64,000 nt of DNA from an uncultured Chlamydiae bacterium (lineage in GTDB: Bacteria > Chlamydiota > Chlamydiia > Chlamydiales > Parachlamydiaceae). The notes under the pieces are model-generated. The model did not search any database. It worked only from the letters and a program-made list of their open reading frames with translations, and was not told the DNA's origin. The position numbers were made by a program, and so were the translations under genes. This document shows, one piece after another, positions 61,051 to 64,000 of the stretch (position 1 is the first letter of the stretch; the number at the start of each line of letters is the position of its first letter). The stretch is taken from positions 1,920,001 through 1,984,000 of the forward strand of contig CAVWGN010000001.1 of NCBI GenBank assembly GCA_963754655.1, in the 5' to 3' direction.

Positions 61051-61935
61051 CTAAGTCGTAGCCTGAAACATAGGACGCTCGTTTCCTTTGGACCTTTTGG
61101 AATTAGGAAAGCTTTCCCGTTGTGAAAAAGTCTTTCCAGTTGAAAATGTTTGCGTAGTTGGATGTCGAGTGGAGGGTGCTGAATTCATAGGACGCAAATC
61201 TGGTTGCGCGGGTGCACGATGCACAGTTGGAAATCCCCCTTTATTTTCTTGTGGATGCGGCATAGCATAAGCTACATGTGGAGCAGTCGACTGATAATTG
61301 GTATGTGCCTGTCGAGGATTAAATGGAAATTGTTGAGGAGCAGTCAATGGTATTGAAAGCCCCGCAACAGGCTGAACAGGTTGCCTGGTTAAAGGTGCTT
61401 GATTCATGAGACGTGGATCGGGCTGCGCAGGCGCGCGATGTACAGTGGGAAACCCAGTGCTATGAGTCGGATGTACTTGTGGAACCCCTCCCTGAAGCCC
61501 GCTATGCGAATAATTGATATGCGCTTGTTGAAAGGGAGAATGAGGAATGGGGATAGGTTGCACAACAGGTGCTGCACCATAAACTGGCGCTGCATGCAGC
61601 TGATTCCCATTTGGCCATGGCCACCAATTCCATTGTGAATGAGCTGGTGGTGAAGCGGCAGGAATAACGGGTCCAGGCACAACCGGATAATGACCCTGAT
61701 GCTGAGTAGAAGTGGGGCAGCAGCTTTTGAAAAGCCAAATCAAACCAATTTCTCCTGCTACGCAACGCAACATTGTCGCCAAATTAGGATTTGTGCGATT
61801 AAAGGCATTTGCTGAAAACAATGCCAATGCACCTAAGGCCAAAGCTACAATGCTATCACTATAGAAAGAAGAACGCTGTGCTTGCAGACCCTGAGGGGAG
61901 GCTGGTTGAAACCAGCCTTGAATATAACTAACCAT
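61051..61935 (-). CDS. Inc-like protein: bilobed hydrophobic domain plus Pro/Gln/His-rich tail
   Basis: Two hydrophobic segments, then a low-complexity tail with a repeated GFPTVHRAPAQPD. Confidence 0.75.
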   Translation of the reverse strand: MVSYIQGWFQPASPQGLQAQRSSFYSDSIVALALGALALFSANAFNRTNPNLATMLRCVAGEIGLIWLFKSCCPTSTQHQGHYPVVPGPVIPAASPPAHSQWNWWPWPNGNQLHAAPVYGAAPVVQPIPIPHSPFQQAHINYSHSGLQGGVPQVHPTHSTGFPTVHRAPAQPDPRLMNQAPLTRQPVQPVAGLSIPLTAPQQFPFNPRQAHTNYQSTAPHVAYAMPHPQENKGGFPTVHRAPAQPDLRPMNSAPSTRHPTTQTFSTGKTFSQRESFPNSKRSKGNERPMFQATT

Positions 61936-61962
61936 AACTAACTCCTAGTGAGAGTTTCAATA

Positions 61963-62388
61963 TTAGACGCGTCGAGCTGTTGCCTCAAATAGCGGTCCCT
62001 GTTTATTTAAAACGTAAGGAGCAGGACTTTGAACATGAGTGGGAGGAGAAGCTTGAACATGAGTGGGAGGAGAAGCTTGAACATGATGATAATGATGCGT
62101 GACAGGTGGTGGAGGCAATTGAACTGATATCTGCTGAGGCAGTGGCACGACACCAAGTCCATTTGCTGGTGCTCTAACAACATTTGGAAATGGAGGTGTT
62201 GAAGAATGATAGGACGCTGGAGAAAATAAAACTCCTTGACTCGCTTGCTGAACGGACCCAACTTGATTCGCTAAAGGCGAAATAGTCGTGTATGCTGGAG
62301 ATGGGGCTGGGCATTGGTTTCCTGGACGATGAACAGCAGCTGGATAAAGAGGTTTTTGATTGGGTTGTATATATGGATTGACTTGCAT
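61963..62388 (-). CDS. Pro-rich disordered protein
   Basis: AGGAG RBS; 24-bp tandem repeat (HVQASPPT x2). Confidence 0.7.
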   Translation of the reverse strand: MQVNPYIQPNQKPLYPAAVHRPGNQCPAPSPAYTTISPLANQVGSVQQASQGVLFSPASYHSSTPPFPNVVRAPANGLGVVPLPQQISVQLPPPPVTHHYHHVQASPPTHVQASPPTHVQSPAPYVLNKQGPLFEATARRV

Positions 62389-62469
62389 AAAATCTCCTAT
62401 AATTAAATTAATTGATTATCTCGTTTACATTCTTAGGCCAAGCATGCTTGGCCCTGTTTAAGACCTCAT

Positions 62470-63177
62470 TTAATACGCTGTAGAATAACCATAAAAAACC
62501 GCTTGGCTATAAGGCTGACCAGATTGATCCACATTAATGAGAATATGGGGGAATTGAGCGGTACGCCACTTGTTGTTGACACCTACCAATAATCGTTGTC
62601 CTATTTGCCAGTAAGAAAAATTAGAATCCGAACCCACCTGCCATACAGTGTTATCACTCAACAACACTAAACGCTGATAAGGGTCAATATTGACAATGCG
62701 AAAAGTGTACGCCCCCATAGGTACTGGCGGATTAATTAAATTCACTTCTACAGCTTGATTTGTTGTACGATTATGCAACACATATTGATAAGAGGAAAAC
62801 CAAGAAAAGCTAGGCTTAATAAAGATGTCATCACTTTGGACCCAGTACAAGACTTTTGCACGCCCACTGCTCTGCACTTCCCATTTAGAGGCGTCATGTA
62901 ATTGCACGACATCTCCCGTATCTGAAAAAGCAACTAAGTGATAATAACCATCATTATGAATACGCTGAAGATACTGGCTATCATTACCATAATCGAAAGA
63001 CTCAATCGCCCAATTCACCGTTTCCGACATATTCTCAACTAGACTTTCCTCTTGTTCAACATGAATCATCTCTGGAAAAGAGTTTTGTTCATCGGCATAG
63101 ACACTACTAGTTGTGCTCATATATAGAAGAGCTGTACATAGGTTGACTAAAAGGCGGCCTACAAATAAACGGTTCAT
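62470..63177 (-). CDS. Exported hypothetical protein with internal repeat; likely start MNRLF
   Basis: GGAGG RBS, signal peptide ending VYA, repeated L-x-D-x-x-x-W-x-V. Confidence 0.75.
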   Translation of the reverse strand: MNRLFVGRLLVNLCTALLYMSTTSSVYADEQNSFPEMIHVEQEESLVENMSETVNWAIESFDYGNDSQYLQRIHNDGYYHLVAFSDTGDVVQLHDASKWEVQSSGRAKVLYWVQSDDIFIKPSFSWFSSYQYVLHNRTTNQAVEVNLINPPVPMGAYTFRIVNIDPYQRLVLLSDNTVWQVGSDSNFSYWQIGQRLLVGVNNKWRTAQFPHILINVDQSGQPYSQAVFYGYSTAY

Positions 63178-63606
63178 TAAAACCTCCACTAAATTAATGT
63201 TAAAATTCATGCATTCATCAATCATTGATGAGCTTTTGTAGTCTTTCAAAAATCGCCGAAAATCTGACTATTTTAGAAATGGAAAAAAACACAAACATTG
63301 ATATTTAAAAATTTACCTCTAACCAAATGCTAATTTTTAACTTCTAATCAAAGCTCGCTTTTCTTGCTCTTTCTTTAGGCTAGCTAAAGAAGAGGTTCCT
63401 CAACTTGCCATCAGATCAGTCGACTTTCTAGTTTTTTTGTCTTACCCGGAATATATAGGGAATTATTATTAAGAAGGAATAAAGATGAATTAAAAAATGA
63501 AACTTCTGTTTAGGTAACCACCTAGGGGCTTTTAATTAGAAATATTTGACAGAAAACTTCATATTTAGCCCAGCTCTTTTGGTAATCGCTACCAAAGGAG
63601 TAAAAA

Positions 63607-64000
63607 ATGGTCTCAAAATCATATAGAAATGATAGACGAATCTTGAAAAGGGAAATGAATATTGAGGAGTTTAAAGAAACTATTTTAAATGATTTGGTAT
63701 TATTCCCAACCCACGACAGGCGCAGCATTGAACCTAATAGACTTGAGTATATTTTTTTTATCATCCTCTCTGCCATGTTAGCGAGAGCGAATAGCATTAA
63801 TCAAATTGCAATATTTGCTAAATCCAAAGCCCAGTGGATAAGCGACTAATTGCAATAGAAACTATTCCAGGCTATGGAATTTTTGGTGGACATTCATCCG
63901 AATCAAGCCAGAATCTTTAAAGGCAATCTTAGTTGAATACTTAGAAACTGTTCCTCATGGATTAAGGGATCAAATAAACCTATTTCTGTCGCGATTTCAA
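63607..64000 (+). pseudogene. ISAs1-family transposase remnant
   Basis: DRR....LEYIFFIILSAMLARANSINQIAIFAKSKAQW then frameshift to IPGYGIFWWTFIRIKPE. Confidence 0.7.

Overview
AT-rich bacterial window whose gene content (LRR, F-box and TPR proteins, Inc-like membrane proteins, class Ic-type RNR, ttcA/surE/tRNA clusters) resembles an environmental chlamydia (Parachlamydiaceae-like; inference). Housekeeping genes: tkt-gnd-zwf, arfB, mscL, speE/speD, an rlmK-like methyltransferase, topB, nrdB-nrdA, mutT, ttcA, surE and four tRNAs (Tyr, Thr, Val, Asp). Accessory content: a triplicated LRR-thioredoxin unit, two IS5-family elements, an ISAs1 remnant and a decayed toxin-antitoxin pair. Most notable: (1) several families of long, modular, nested intergenic palindromes, including a CTAG-targeting shell that carries different palindromic cargo, with empty and filled sites both visible; (2) a convergent speE/speD pair in which both enzymes have signal-peptide-like N-termini; (3) a cobalamin-riboswitch-controlled class Ic-like RNR with Leu at the radical-Tyr position; (4) candidate effectors, including a YopT-like cysteine protease cluster, an F-box+CaaX protein and an F-box+LRR protein. 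All calls come from reading the sequence by eye; no searches were run.
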